Shown: positions 8,335 through 17,283, numbered from the stretch's first letter. The stretch: 59,753 bases of DNA from an uncultured Desulfobacteraceae bacterium (GCA_964652715.1 CAZZBE010000001.1:1-59753); one strand, 5' to 3'. A program made the numbers and translations. The notes: generated by a model from the letters alone, not told the origin.

Positions 8335-8447
8335 CCGCGCGGGAGTGAACTCCCACGCTGTTTTATCATGTCCCTACAGGATATTTTGAAGCAATTCCAG
8401 TCCCATAGGTACGACGCATAATAGCGTGGGAATTCATTCCCGCGCGG
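8335..8447. repeat. 113-bp element bounded by 25-bp imperfect inverted repeats
   Basis: Left arm 8335-8359 is ccgcgcgggagtgaactcccacgct. The reverse complement of the right arm 8423-8447 is ccgcgcgggaatgaattcccacgct (23/25). Each arm also contains its own small hairpin (gggag-tgaa-ctccc; gggaat-tc-attccc). Confidence 0.9.
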
Positions 8448-8606
8448 TCGAGCGGGATCAAATTTGGTATAATTATTCCAGCAATTCGCCTAAAAACCCG
8501 TACACCAATGATCGCTGTCTCCGGCGGCTTTGCCTGGATGATGCCCGAAAAGGTTTGAGAAATCCATGGAAAGGCGTGATGACGTAATCGATTTCGATTT
8601 GAAAAG

Positions 8607-8654
8607 ACAAAAAAAGAACGGGGTAATTTGTGTTCGCGTCACAAACAACCCCGT
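8607..8654 (-). terminator. Rho-independent terminator downstream of tRNA-Glu
   Basis: Interrupted stem acggggt..tttgtg-ttcgcgt-cacaaa..accccgt (8618-8654). On the minus strand it is followed by a T-run (plus-strand A-run at 8607-8616). Confidence 0.6.
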
Positions 8655-8683
8655 AAGCAAGGTGTGAATCTCTTGATTTCTTT

Positions 8684-8761
8684 TGGCGTCCCCAAGGGGA
8701 TTTGAACCCCTGTCGCCGGCGTGAAAGGCCGGTGTCCTGGACCTGGCTAGACGATGGGGAC
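8684..8761 (-). tRNA. tRNA-Glu (anticodon UUC), CCA encoded
   Basis: The reverse complement GTCCCCATCGTCTAGCCAGGTCCAGGACACCGGCCTTTCACGCCGGCGACAGGGGTTCAAATCCCCTTGGGGACGCCA has the anticodon arm CCGGC-CTTTCAC-GCCGG. Confidence 0.93.
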
Positions 8762-8770
8762 GCAATCTGT

Positions 8771-8800
8771 TATGGGCCGTGCTGGTATGGGCCGTGCTGG
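8771..8800. repeat. Exact 15-bp tandem duplication of the tRNA-Lys 3' end
   Basis: tatgggccgtgctgg occurs at 8771-8785 and again at 8786-8800. The second copy forms the 3' T-stem and acceptor strand of tRNA-Lys. Confidence 0.95.
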
Positions 8801-8860
8801 GCTCGAACCAGCGACTCTCTGCTTAAAAGGCAGATACTCTACCGACTGAGTTAACGGCCC
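8788..8860 (-). tRNA. tRNA-Lys (anticodon UUU), CCA not encoded
   Basis: The reverse complement GGGCCGTTAACTCAGTCGGTAGAGTATCTGCCTTTTAAGCAGAGAGTCGCTGGTTCGAGCCCAGCACGGCCCA has the anticodon arm TCTGC-CTTTTAA-GCAGA. The next bases after discriminator A are TAC, not CCA. Confidence 0.93.
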
Positions 8861-8875
8861 TCAGTAAAAGGAAAC

Positions 8876-8903
8876 TATATAGCATGCTTTTTGGGGGTGT
8901 CAA
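8876..8903 (-). promoter_or_regulatory. Candidate sigma70 promoter of the tRNA-Lys/tRNA-Glu unit
   Basis: On the minus strand: TTGACA (8903-8898), 16 nt, TATATA (8881-8876), about 15 nt upstream of the tRNA-Lys 5' end. Confidence 0.55.
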
Positions 8904-9173
8904 CTAAAAAATGGCGCCGGGGCGAGAATTTTTTTGAAATGGATCGCCGAACCTTATATCGGAAGATGGGGAACGGCGGGGCGCCGCCGAATTTATGGAT
9001 TACGGTCTTGTCGTTCAGGGTAAAAGCTGCTATAAGCCGTCTTTTGGAACCCGCCTTCCTTCGATGGCCGGCGGGAGGAGGCAACGGGGAATGTCGCGCC
9101 GGGGTTGAGAATGTATGTGCGATTTCAGTTTTTTATGCGCCTAAAAAAAGCAAATGAGGGCTTCAGAAAAGTC

Positions 9174-9203
9174 TTGACAAGCCAAAAATACAAATGATAT
9201 ATG
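9174..9203 (+). promoter_or_regulatory. Candidate sigma70 promoter of aprBA (implies a 5' leader of roughly 235 nt)
   Basis: TTGACA at 9174-9179, then an AT-rich -10-like block gATATATg at 9196-9203 after 17-18 nt. Confidence 0.45.
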
Positions 9204-9442
9204 TGCTCTCTGTTTATCAGGTTATATGACTGAATTCAGAAGGAATCTCTATTGGCGGTTTACCCGGGCCATGGGTTGTAAGGATAGCGATTGTTTAGGG
9301 TTTTCGAGGTTAAGGTGAGCGGGTCAGAACGGTTTTGGACCATCTGAGATGAAGGGAGGTGCGAACAGTCAAGGATTGTACCGCAGCGTAACTGGAATCG
9401 ATAATGGTAACTTTATTAATCACAAGTCAGGAGGTATGATAA

Positions 9443-9880
9443 ATGCCGAGTTTTGTAATTAACGAGAAATGCGACGGCTGCAAGGGCGGCGACAAGACCG
9501 CGTGCATGTACATTTGCCCCAACGATTTGATGGTCCTGGAGCCCAACTCCATGAAGGCCTACAATCAGGAGCCCGATCAGTGCTGGGAATGCTTTTCCTG
9601 CGTCAAGATTTGCCCCACCCAGGCCATCGAGGTCAGAGGCTATGCCGACTTCGTGCCGCTGGGAAGCAGCATCATGCCGATGATGGGCACCGAGGACGTG
9701 ATGTGGACCTGCAAGTTCCGCAACGGCACCATCAAACGCTTCAAGTTCCCCATTCGGACCACCCCTGAAGGCCAGGCCAACGCCTATGCGGATCTGAAGG
9801 GCAAGGATCTGGACAGCGAACTGCTCAGCACCGAAGAGGCCGACGGCTACTCGGTTCCGAAACCCCAGGCGACAGCCTAA
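9443..9880 (+). CDS. aprB: Adenylylsulfate (APS) reductase beta subunit
   Basis: 145 aa with an AGGAGG RBS. Ferredoxin-type clusters CDGCKGGDKTACMYICP and CWECFSCVKICP, plus the AprB-type C-terminal tail. It lies directly upstream of aprA. Confidence 0.93.
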   Translation: MPSFVINEKCDGCKGGDKTACMYICPNDLMVLEPNSMKAYNQEPDQCWECFSCVKICPTQAIEVRGYADFVPLGSSIMPMMGTEDVMWTCKFRNGTIKRFKFPIRTTPEGQANAYADLKGKDLDSELLSTEEADGYSVPKPQATA

Positions 9881-9979
9881 GGGAGTTCCGTCACGCCATT
9901 TTTGTTATTTGGACAGGTTCGATCTATGAATAATTTCGGCCTGACGCGCGTCGGGCCACATTGCTAAGGAGGTTGTAGA

Positions 9980-11956
9980 ATGGCATTACCGAACAAACCC
10001 AAGGGTGAAACCAAGGCTGTCAGGGATCCTGAAGTCGAGGAGCGTGAAGTTGATATTCTGATCGTGGGCGGCGGCATGGCGGCTTGCGGCTCCGCGTTCG
10101 AGGTTAAAAAATGGATGTCCGACGACCAGAGCGTGCTGCTGGTGGACAAGGCCGCCATGGAGCGCTCCGGCGCCGTGGCCCAGGGCCTTTCCGCCATCAA
10201 CACCTACATCGGCGACAACACCGCCGACGACTATGTCCGGATGGTGAGAAACGACCTGATGGGCATCGTCCGTGAAGACCTGATCTTCGACCTGGGCTGC
10301 CACGTGGACGATTCCGTCCATCTGTTCGAAGAATGGGGCCTGCCGGTCTGGAAGAAGACCGACGACGGCAAAAACCTGGACGGCAAGAAGGGGCAGAAAC
10401 AGGGCACCCTGAAATCCGGCGCCACCCCGGTCCGCACCGGCAAATGGCAGATCATGATCAACGGCGAATCCTACAAGCGGATCGTGGCGGAAGCCGCCAA
10501 GCTCGCCTTGGGCGACGAAAACATCCTGGAGCGCGTCTTCATCGTCGAACTGCTCCTGGACGCCAAGAACGAAAATCAGATCGCCGGCGCGGTCGGGTTT
10601 TCCGTTCGCGAGAACAAGGTTTACATCATCAAGTGCAAGACCATGATGGTCGCCTGCGGCGGCGCCGTGAACATCTATCAGCCCCGTTCCGTCGGCGAGG
10701 GCAAGGGCCGGGCCTGGTATCCGGTATGGAACTCCGGTTCCACCTACACCCTCTGCATGAAAGTCGGCGCCGAGCTGTCCATGATGGAAAACCGGTTCAC
10801 CCCGGCCCGTTTCAAAGATGGTTACGGCCCGGTCGGCGCATGGTTCCTCCTGTTCAAGGCCAAGGCCCTCAACGGTCTGGGCGAAAACTACGTGGCCAGC
10901 GACGTCGCCAAGCAGGAACTCGAAAATTATGCGCCGTACGGCACCGCCGCCATCACCCCGACCTGTCTGCGGAACCACCTGATGCTGTTCGAGATGAAAG
11001 CGGGCCGCGGCCCCATCATCATGGACACCGTGACCGCGCTGGCCGAAATCGGCAAGACCATGGACAAGAAAGAACTCAAGCACCTTGAGTCCGAGGCCTG
11101 GGAAGACTTCCTCGACATGACCTGCGGCCAGGCCAACCTGTGGTGCGCCACCAACACCGAGCCCGAGAAGAAGAACTCCGAGATCATGCCCACCGAGCCC
11201 TACCTGCTGGGATCTCACTCCGGCTGCTGCGGTCTGTGGTGCTCCGGCCCCGATTACGACTGGGTCCCGGATTCCTACAAATGGGGTCACAACGGCAAAG
11301 TCTACAACCGGATGACCACCGTTGCCGGTCTGTTCAGCTCGGGCGACGGCGTCGGCTGCTCCGGCCACAAGTTCTCCTCCGGCTCCCACGCCGAAGGCCG
11401 CATGGCCGCCAAGGCGATGGTCAAGTTCGTGCGGGACAACAAGGACTTCACGCCGACCATCGCCCAGTCCAAGGAAGAGCTGGTGGACATGGTCTACAAA
11501 CCGGTCCGCGTCTTCCTGGACAACCATGAGTACACCACCGCCATCGACATCAACCCGAACTACCTCAAGCCCGAGGGCATGATGTACCGGCTGATGAAGG
11601 CGACCCACGAGTACGGCGCCGGAACGGCGACCTTCTACCAGACCACCTCCAAGAACCTCGAGATCGTCATGGATCTTCTGGAGACCATGCGGGAAGACTG
11701 CGAGAAGCTGGCCGCCGGAGACCTCCACGAGCTGATGAGAGCCTGGGAGATCTACCATCGCATCTGGACGGTGGAATCCCACCTGCGGCACATCCAGTTC
11801 CGGAAAGAGACCCGGTATCCGGGCTTCTACTATCAGTCCGACTATCCCAATCAGGATGACGCGAACTGGTTCTGCTTCACCAATTCCAAGTTCGATCCCA
11901 AGGCCAAAACCTGGGATACCTTCAAGCGGGATTACGTCAAAATTATCCCCGATTAA
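9980..11956 (+). CDS. aprA: Adenylylsulfate (APS) reductase alpha subunit (FAD flavoprotein)
   Basis: 658 aa with an AAGGAGG RBS. FAD fold ILIVGGGMAACGSAFE. Size and context (aprB upstream, qmoABC downstream) are diagnostic. Confidence 0.93.
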   Translation: MALPNKPKGETKAVRDPEVEEREVDILIVGGGMAACGSAFEVKKWMSDDQSVLLVDKAAMERSGAVAQGLSAINTYIGDNTADDYVRMVRNDLMGIVREDLIFDLGCHVDDSVHLFEEWGLPVWKKTDDGKNLDGKKGQKQGTLKSGATPVRTGKWQIMINGESYKRIVAEAAKLALGDENILERVFIVELLLDAKNENQIAGAVGFSVRENKVYIIKCKTMMVACGGAVNIYQPRSVGEGKGRAWYPVWNSGSTYTLCMKVGAELSMMENRFTPARFKDGYGPVGAWFLLFKAKALNGLGENYVASDVAKQELENYAPYGTAAITPTCLRNHLMLFEMKAGRGPIIMDTVTALAEIGKTMDKKELKHLESEAWEDFLDMTCGQANLWCATNTEPEKKNSEIMPTEPYLLGSHSGCCGLWCSGPDYDWVPDSYKWGHNGKVYNRMTTVAGLFSSGDGVGCSGHKFSSGSHAEGRMAAKAMVKFVRDNKDFTPTIAQSKEELVDMVYKPVRVFLDNHEYTTAIDINPNYLKPEGMMYRLMKATHEYGAGTATFYQTTSKNLEIVMDLLETMREDCEKLAAGDLHELMRAWEIYHRIWTVESHLRHIQFRKETRYPGFYYQSDYPNQDDANWFCFTNSKFDPKAKTWDTFKRDYVKIIPD

Positions 11957-12019
11957 TCAATGCGGCAGTCGAGATGCCGGTCATTAAGACGGTCGTCCGA
12001 GTGGATTGATTTGAGAATG

Positions 12020-12055
12020 CCTCCAGGTGTCGGAAGACGCCTGGAGGTTTTTATT
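12020..12055 (+). terminator. Rho-independent terminator or attenuator after aprA
   Basis: Stem cctccaggtgtc (12020-12031), loop ggaa, stem gacgcctggagg (12036-12047), followed by tttttatt. Confidence 0.7.
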
Positions 12056-12080
12056 AAGTAAGGGGGACATGGGACAGGTT

Positions 12081-12151
12081 GTGGGTCATGGGTGATAGGC
12101 GACCGCGCTTATCGCCTGTCACCCATAACCCATAACCCGTGACCTGTGACC
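12081..12151. repeat. Imperfect palindrome carrying tandem heptamers (ACCCATA x2, GTGACCT x2)
   Basis: The left arm gtgggtcatgggtgataggcga (12081-12102) pairs 19/22 with tcgcctgtcacccataacccat (12112-12133). Then acccataacccataacc (12121-12137) and gtgacctgtgacc (12139-12151). Confidence 0.85.
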
Positions 12152-12193
12152 GAAAACCCCTAAATCTATCACCGGATACAATGGAGGGATAGC

Positions 12194-13471
12194 ATGACAG
12201 ACGATAAACAAGCTCCCGCGAGCGGGTCCATCCTGGTCGTCGGAGGGGGCATCAGCGGCCTGACCACGGCCCTGGAAGCCGCGGAAGTCGGGTACGAGGT
12301 GTTCCTGGTCGAGAAAAACCCCTATCTCGGCGGCAGGGTTGCACAGTTGAAGCAGTATTTCCCCAAATTATGCCCCCCCACCTGCGGGCTGGAGATCAAT
12401 TTCCGCCGCATCAAGGACAATCCGAGAATTAAAGTGCTCACCATGGCGGACGTGGAGAAGGTCTCCGGATCTCCCGGCAACTACAAAGCGGAGATCAAGA
12501 TCAACCCCCGGTACGTCAACGAGAATTGCACCCTCTGCGGCGAATGCGCCAAAGCCTGCAAGATGGAGGTCGCAAACGACTTCAACTTCGGCATGGACCG
12601 GATCAAGGGGGCGTATCTGCCCCATGAGATGGCCTTCCCGGCCCGCTATGTGATCTCGCCCCAGATCATCGGCACCGAAGACGCCCAGCGGGCCAAGGAC
12701 GCCTGCAAATACGACGCGGTGGATCTGGACATGACGGCCAGGACCCTGAATCTGGACGTCGGCGCCGTGGTCTGGGCCACCGGCTGGCAGCCCTACGACG
12801 CCAACCGGATCGACAATCTCGGCTACGGCCGCTACCCCAACATCATCACCAACATGATGATGGAGCGGCTTTCGGCGCCCAACGGCCCCACCAAGGGCCA
12901 GATCCAGCGGCCCTCGGACGACAAGGCCCCCGAAAGCGTGGCCTTTGTCCAGTGCGCCGGGTCCAGGGATGAAAACCATCTGCCCTATTGTTCCTACATC
13001 TGCTGCATGGCCTCCCTGAAGCAGGCCACCTACGTGCGCGAGCAGTTTCCCGATGCCAAGATCTACATCTATTACATCGACATCCGCACCCCGGGCCAGC
13101 GGTATGAAAAATTCTATCAGGACATCAAGGCGGACGAGAACATCTTCCTCATCAAGGGCAAAGTGGCCGAAGTAGAGGAAGATCCGGATACCAAGAACAT
13201 CACCGTGGTGGCCGAAAACGCCGTGACCGGCGAAAAGACCCGTCAGACCGTCGACATGGTCGTCCTCGCCACCGGCATGCAGCCGACCGCCGCGACAACC
13301 CAACTTCCCGCGGATCTCACGTTCAATGCGGACGGCTTCATCGTCAACGACTTTGAAAAGGGCGGGATGTTTGCCGCGGGATGCGCCAACAAGCCGGCCG
13401 ACGTCATGTCGTCCAACCAGAACGCGACCGGTATGGCCCTGAAAGCGATACAAACCCTGGTGAGAAGGTAG
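12194..13471 (+). CDS. qmoA: Quinone-interacting membrane-bound oxidoreductase subunit A (HdrA-like flavoprotein)
   Basis: 425 aa. FAD fold ILVVGGGISGLTTALEAAEVG. HdrA-like Cys motifs. Position immediately after aprBA. Confidence 0.88.
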   Translation: MTDDKQAPASGSILVVGGGISGLTTALEAAEVGYEVFLVEKNPYLGGRVAQLKQYFPKLCPPTCGLEINFRRIKDNPRIKVLTMADVEKVSGSPGNYKAEIKINPRYVNENCTLCGECAKACKMEVANDFNFGMDRIKGAYLPHEMAFPARYVISPQIIGTEDAQRAKDACKYDAVDLDMTARTLNLDVGAVVWATGWQPYDANRIDNLGYGRYPNIITNMMMERLSAPNGPTKGQIQRPSDDKAPESVAFVQCAGSRDENHLPYCSYICCMASLKQATYVREQFPDAKIYIYYIDIRTPGQRYEKFYQDIKADENIFLIKGKVAEVEEDPDTKNITVVAENAVTGEKTRQTVDMVVLATGMQPTAATTQLPADLTFNADGFIVNDFEKGGMFAAGCANKPADVMSSNQNATGMALKAIQTLVRR

Positions 13472-13481
13472 GAGGCACTCA

Positions 13482-15815
13482 ATGGATAAAAAATTTGGCG
13501 TCTATATTTGCACCGGCTGCGGCATCGGGGAATCCCTCGACGTCGCCGCCATGTGCGACGTGGCAGAGGAAGAGGGGCTGACGTGCAAGACCCACTCCAT
13601 GTTCTGCGGCAAGGAGGGGGTGGACTTTCTGAAATCCGAGGTCGAGGGCGGCGTCAACACGCTGGTCATCGCCGCCTGCTCCCGGCGGGTCAATTACGAT
13701 GTGTTTCGGTTCGACGGCTGCATCGTCGACCGGGTCAACATCCGGGAAGGGGTGGTCTGGTCCCATCCGCGGTCCGAATTCCCCGCCCTGACCGAAGAGG
13801 AGAAGGAAGACGAGGAAAACTTCGACCGCGTTCAGATGATGGCCGAAGACTACCTGCGCATGGGCATGGCCCGGGTCGAGCGGATCAAGCTGCCCGAACC
13901 CTACAAGCTGGACACCCTCAACCGGAAGATCCTGGTCATCGGCGGCGGCGTCGCCGGCATGTCCGCGGCCGTGGATGCGGCCAAGGTCGGGTACGAGGTC
14001 ACCATCGTGGAAAAGAGCGCGACCCTGGGCGGCTATGCGGCCAAAATCCGGAAGCAGCTGCCCATGAAGGATCCCTACGAGACCCCCATTCCGCCCATCG
14101 TCCAGTCCTGCATCGACGAAGTGGAAAAGCAATCCAGCATCACGGTGCGCACCAACGCGGTGGTGGCCCGGATCGCCGGTCAGCCCGGCGAATTCACCGT
14201 CACCATGAAAAAACCCGGCGAGAAGATCGAATTCGACGTGCCCTATCCCCTGCCCGAGGAGATGACCGTCGATGAAAGCGGCAAGGAACTCGATCCGGAA
14301 ACCCTCCATCAGAAATTCATGGAGTACAACGAGGGCCGCCGCGACATACTGACTCTGGATCCCGACGGCGAGATGTTCGGCGCGGTGATTCTGGCGGCCG
14401 GATGGCGGCCCTACGAGCCGAAAAAGGACGAATTCGCCCATCTCGGCTACGGCGACCTGCCGGATGTGGTCACCAACCACAAGTTCGAAGAGATCGCCGC
14501 CCAGGGCAAGATCGTTCGTCCGTCGGACGGCAAGGAAGCCAAGTCGGTGGTCTTTATCCAGAGCCCCGGCCTGGAGAGCGACGCCGATTTCGACTACGCC
14601 GGGGCGGTCACCAGCATGGTGGCCCTCAAGCAGGCCACTTATGTCCGGGAGGATTTCGGGGACGGCAAGTCCTTCATCTTCTATCAGCACATGCGGACCC
14701 CCGGCCTGAGCGAAAACTTCTATAAAAAGGTCCAGCAGGACCCGGGCATCTTCATGACCAAGGGCAAGGTCGCGTCGGTGTCCAAAAACGGCGACGGCAT
14801 GATCGTCGAAGCCGAAGACACGCTGCTGGGCGAGAAGATCCGGGTGAAGGCCGACATGGTGGTCCTGGCCGCCGGCATGGCGCCCCTGACCAAGGACGAA
14901 CCCGTGGTCAACATGGCCTATCGCCAGGGACCGGCCTTCCGGGACATCGATCTGTTCAATGGGTATGTCGATTCCAACTTCATCTGCTTCCCCTACGAGA
15001 CCCAGCGGACCGGCATTTACGCCGCTGGCGCGGTCCGTCGGAGCATGACCATGGAAGAAGCCGTCGAGGACGCCTCCGGCGCCGCCCTGAAGGCCATCCA
15101 GTGCCTGGAGTCGGTCAACCGCGGCGTGTCGGTCCATCCCCGGTCCGGCGACATGACGTTCCCGGATTTCTTCTTCCAGCGCTGCACCCAGTGCAAGCGC
15201 TGCACCCAGGAATGCCCCTTCGGCGCCATCGACGACGACGCCAAGGGCACGCCGAAGCCGAATCCGACCCGCTGCCGGCGCTGCGGCACCTGCATGGGCG
15301 CCTGCCCGGAGCGGATCATTAACTTCTCCGATTACAGCATCGACTCCGTGGGTTCCATGGTCAAGGCGGTGGGCGTTCCTTCCGAAGACGACTACACCGA
15401 GCCGCCCTTCCGGATTCTCGGGCTGGTCTGCGAGAACGACGCCTACCCGACCCTGGACATCGCCGGTCTCAACCGCATCTCCTATTCGGCGGATGTTCGG
15501 ATCATTCCCATCCGCTGCCTGGGCTCCATGAACGTCATCTGGATCAAGGACGCCCTCTCGCAGGGGATGGACGGCGTCTTCCTCCTGGGGTGCAAGCATG
15601 GCGACGATTATCAGTGCCATTTTGTCAAAGGCTCCGAGCTGGCCGAAATCCGGGTCAAGAAGATCGGCGACGCCCTGGCCAGCCTGGCCCTGGAAGAGGA
15701 ACGGGTGGTCCAGTACGAAGTGGCCATCGACGATTATCCCAAGATCCCGCGGATCATCAACGATTTCGTGAAGCAGATCGAGGAACTCGGCCCGAACCCC
15801 TTCAAGGGCTTCTAA
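13482..15815 (+). CDS. qmoB: Qmo subunit B (HdrA-like, 2x[4Fe-4S], MvhD-like C-domain)
   Basis: 777 aa. FAD fold ILVIGGGVAGMSAAVDAAKVG. CTQCKRCTQECP and CRRCGTCMGACP motifs. The C-terminal Cys-containing domain is MvhD-like. Confidence 0.88.
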   Translation: MDKKFGVYICTGCGIGESLDVAAMCDVAEEEGLTCKTHSMFCGKEGVDFLKSEVEGGVNTLVIAACSRRVNYDVFRFDGCIVDRVNIREGVVWSHPRSEFPALTEEEKEDEENFDRVQMMAEDYLRMGMARVERIKLPEPYKLDTLNRKILVIGGGVAGMSAAVDAAKVGYEVTIVEKSATLGGYAAKIRKQLPMKDPYETPIPPIVQSCIDEVEKQSSITVRTNAVVARIAGQPGEFTVTMKKPGEKIEFDVPYPLPEEMTVDESGKELDPETLHQKFMEYNEGRRDILTLDPDGEMFGAVILAAGWRPYEPKKDEFAHLGYGDLPDVVTNHKFEEIAAQGKIVRPSDGKEAKSVVFIQSPGLESDADFDYAGAVTSMVALKQATYVREDFGDGKSFIFYQHMRTPGLSENFYKKVQQDPGIFMTKGKVASVSKNGDGMIVEAEDTLLGEKIRVKADMVVLAAGMAPLTKDEPVVNMAYRQGPAFRDIDLFNGYVDSNFICFPYETQRTGIYAAGAVRRSMTMEEAVEDASGAALKAIQCLESVNRGVSVHPRSGDMTFPDFFFQRCTQCKRCTQECPFGAIDDDAKGTPKPNPTRCRRCGTCMGACPERIINFSDYSIDSVGSMVKAVGVPSEDDYTEPPFRILGLVCENDAYPTLDIAGLNRISYSADVRIIPIRCLGSMNVIWIKDALSQGMDGVFLLGCKHGDDYQCHFVKGSELAEIRVKKIGDALASLALEEERVVQYEVAIDDYPKIPRIINDFVKQIEELGPNPFKGF

Positions 15816-15939
15816 TTCGACTGGATCCCGGTCGTCCGTCGTTTGTCATATCGGCGCCGGCCGCCCCGGGGCGGCCGGCCATGACAGAGGACAGCCAGGA
15901 GACTGGCGAACCCACAAATGACAATAAGGAGGTATTGGC

Positions 15940-17076
15940 ATGACGGATAAATACCTGGTGGAGCCTGACATTGGATTTTTAAATGAAGTGGTCGGGCTTG
16001 GGGGCGACACCCTGAAAAAATGTTATCAGTGCGCGACCTGTTCGGTCGCCTGCCCCATTTCACCGGACAACAAGCCCTTCCCCCGCAAAGAGATGATCGC
16101 GGCGGGCTGGGGTCTCAAGGACCGGCTGGTGAGCAATGCGGACGTCTGGCTGTGCCACAACTGCGGGGACTGCACCACCCTGTGTCCCCGGGACGCCAAA
16201 CCCGGCGACGTGATGGCGGCCATCCGTTCCTACGCCATCACGGAATACGCCCAGCCGAAATCCATCGCCAGGGCGGTGAACGATCCCAAGAAGCTCCCCA
16301 TCCTGCTGGCGATCCCCGCGCTGATCTTCATCGTGGTGGGCCTGATTACAGGGCTGCTCGACTTCACGCCGGGCGGCGGCGAGATTGTTCACGGCAAATT
16401 TTTCTCCACCTGGCTGGTGGACCTGATCATGATCCCGGCGTCCATCTGGATGGTGGTGATCTTCGCCCTCGGGCTCAAACGGTTTATCGGCGACATCCAC
16501 CAGAACGCACTTGATGCCGGAAAGACGGAAAAAGAGAAGATCGAACCCGTCGAATTCATCAAGGCCCTGGGCCGGGTGATCCCCCGGATCCTCAAGCACA
16601 CCAAATTCTCCCAGTGCGGCGAGAACGAAGAGCGGGCCACTTCCCATATGATGGTCTTTTTCGGATTCATCGGCCTGTTCATCGTCACCAGCATTTTCTT
16701 CGTGGTGCTCTACGTCTTCGGCATCCACGGGCCGTATTCCCAGCTCAATCCGGTGAAATGGCTGGCCAACATCGCCGGCGTCTCCCTGGTCATCGGGTCG
16801 GCCCTGATGATCAAAAACCGGATGGCCAAGACCGACCAGAACTCCACCTACAAGGACTGGTCCCTGATCGGGTTGGCCCTGGCCCTCGGGCTCACCGGCA
16901 TGTTGACCGAGATGACCCGCCTGGGCGGGGCGGCCGGGCTTTCCTACACGATGTATTTCATCCACCTGATCTTCGTGTTCGCCCTGTTCGCGTACCTGCC
17001 CTTCTCCAAACTTGCCCACCTGGTCTATCGCACCGTGGCCATGGCCTATGCGGAGTACAGCGGCCGGAAGTTCTAA
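15940..17076 (+). CDS. qmoC: Qmo subunit C (HdrC-like FeS domain fused to an HdrE/NarI-like membrane domain)
   Basis: 378 aa. CYQCATCSVACP and CHNCGDCTTLCP motifs, followed by about 6 hydrophobic helices. Confidence 0.88.
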   Translation: MTDKYLVEPDIGFLNEVVGLGGDTLKKCYQCATCSVACPISPDNKPFPRKEMIAAGWGLKDRLVSNADVWLCHNCGDCTTLCPRDAKPGDVMAAIRSYAITEYAQPKSIARAVNDPKKLPILLAIPALIFIVVGLITGLLDFTPGGGEIVHGKFFSTWLVDLIMIPASIWMVVIFALGLKRFIGDIHQNALDAGKTEKEKIEPVEFIKALGRVIPRILKHTKFSQCGENEERATSHMMVFFGFIGLFIVTSIFFVVLYVFGIHGPYSQLNPVKWLANIAGVSLVIGSALMIKNRMAKTDQNSTYKDWSLIGLALALGLTGMLTEMTRLGGAAGLSYTMYFIHLIFVFALFAYLPFSKLAHLVYRTVAMAYAEYSGRKF

Positions 17077-17082
17077 ATGTGT

Positions 17083-17106
17083 AGGGGCGAAAAATTTTTC
17101 GCCCCT
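17083..17106. terminator. Perfect 24-nt palindrome after qmoC (bidirectional terminator candidate)
   Basis: aggggcgaaaaatttttcgcccct begins 7 nt after the qmoC stop. Confidence 0.5.
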
Positions 17107-17177
17107 ATGGCTTCCGGTTAATTCATCCCTATGGTTTCAGCGTAAAAACAGGTGGTCTGATTTTTTAGAATTCCCTG

Positions 17178-17226
17178 AAGCCCGTAACGGCGTGCTCACT
17201 ATGGCCGCTTTTACGGGCTTTTTATC
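17178..17226 (+). terminator. Rho-independent terminator (second, after qmoC)
   Basis: 10-bp perfect stem aagcccgtaa (17178-17187) / ttacgggctt (17211-17220), running into a T-rich tract ctttttatctt. Confidence 0.6.
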
Positions 17227-17244
17227 TTGTGCAGGCCGGCATTC

Positions 17245-17283
17245 TGAAAAGAAAAAAGGGAGCAGGGGAAACCCCCCGCTCCC
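17245..17283 (-). terminator. Rho-independent terminator of sat
   Basis: Stem gggagcagggg / ccccccgctccc (17258-17283). On the minus strand it is followed by a long T-run (plus-strand A-run at 17245-17257). Confidence 0.65.

Noticed and set aside
8335-8447. Integron attC site.
   Set aside because: The outer ends do not match the RYYYAAC / GTTRRRY core sites, and there is no intI gene nearby.
6250-8683. Integrative mobile element (integrase, att repeats) delimiting the low-GC cassette.
   Set aside because: No integrase, recombinase or transposase ORF is present. I could not find a copy of the tRNA-Glu 3' end at the distal (6250-6540) boundary. Mobility is therefore only suggested by composition and location.
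8490-8765. 91-aa ORF overlapping tRNA-Glu.
   Set aside because: It is read straight through the tRNA gene and its terminator. There is no RBS and no protein-like composition.
8875-9157. ORFs of 69 and 88 aa in the tRNA-Lys / aprB divergent promoter region.
   Set aside because: They overlap each other on opposite strands, lack an RBS and any recognisable family, and span the promoter elements. They are treated as non-coding regulatory DNA.
9986-11791. 601-aa ORF antisense to aprA. Similar long antisense or out-of-frame ORFs include 923-1873, 13479-15620, 16060-17019, 17012-18589, 19516-20649, 23045-24442, 25456-26457, 26265-27206, 32575-33681, 38173-39537, 46032-47408, 51339-53039, 53639-54868, 55041-56042 and 56941-58158.
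   Set aside because: The translations are Arg/Gly/Pro/His-rich low-complexity sequence with no recognisable motifs. In every case the opposite strand or another frame encodes a well-conserved protein with clear signatures. Long stop-free shadow frames are expected in GC-rich DNA.
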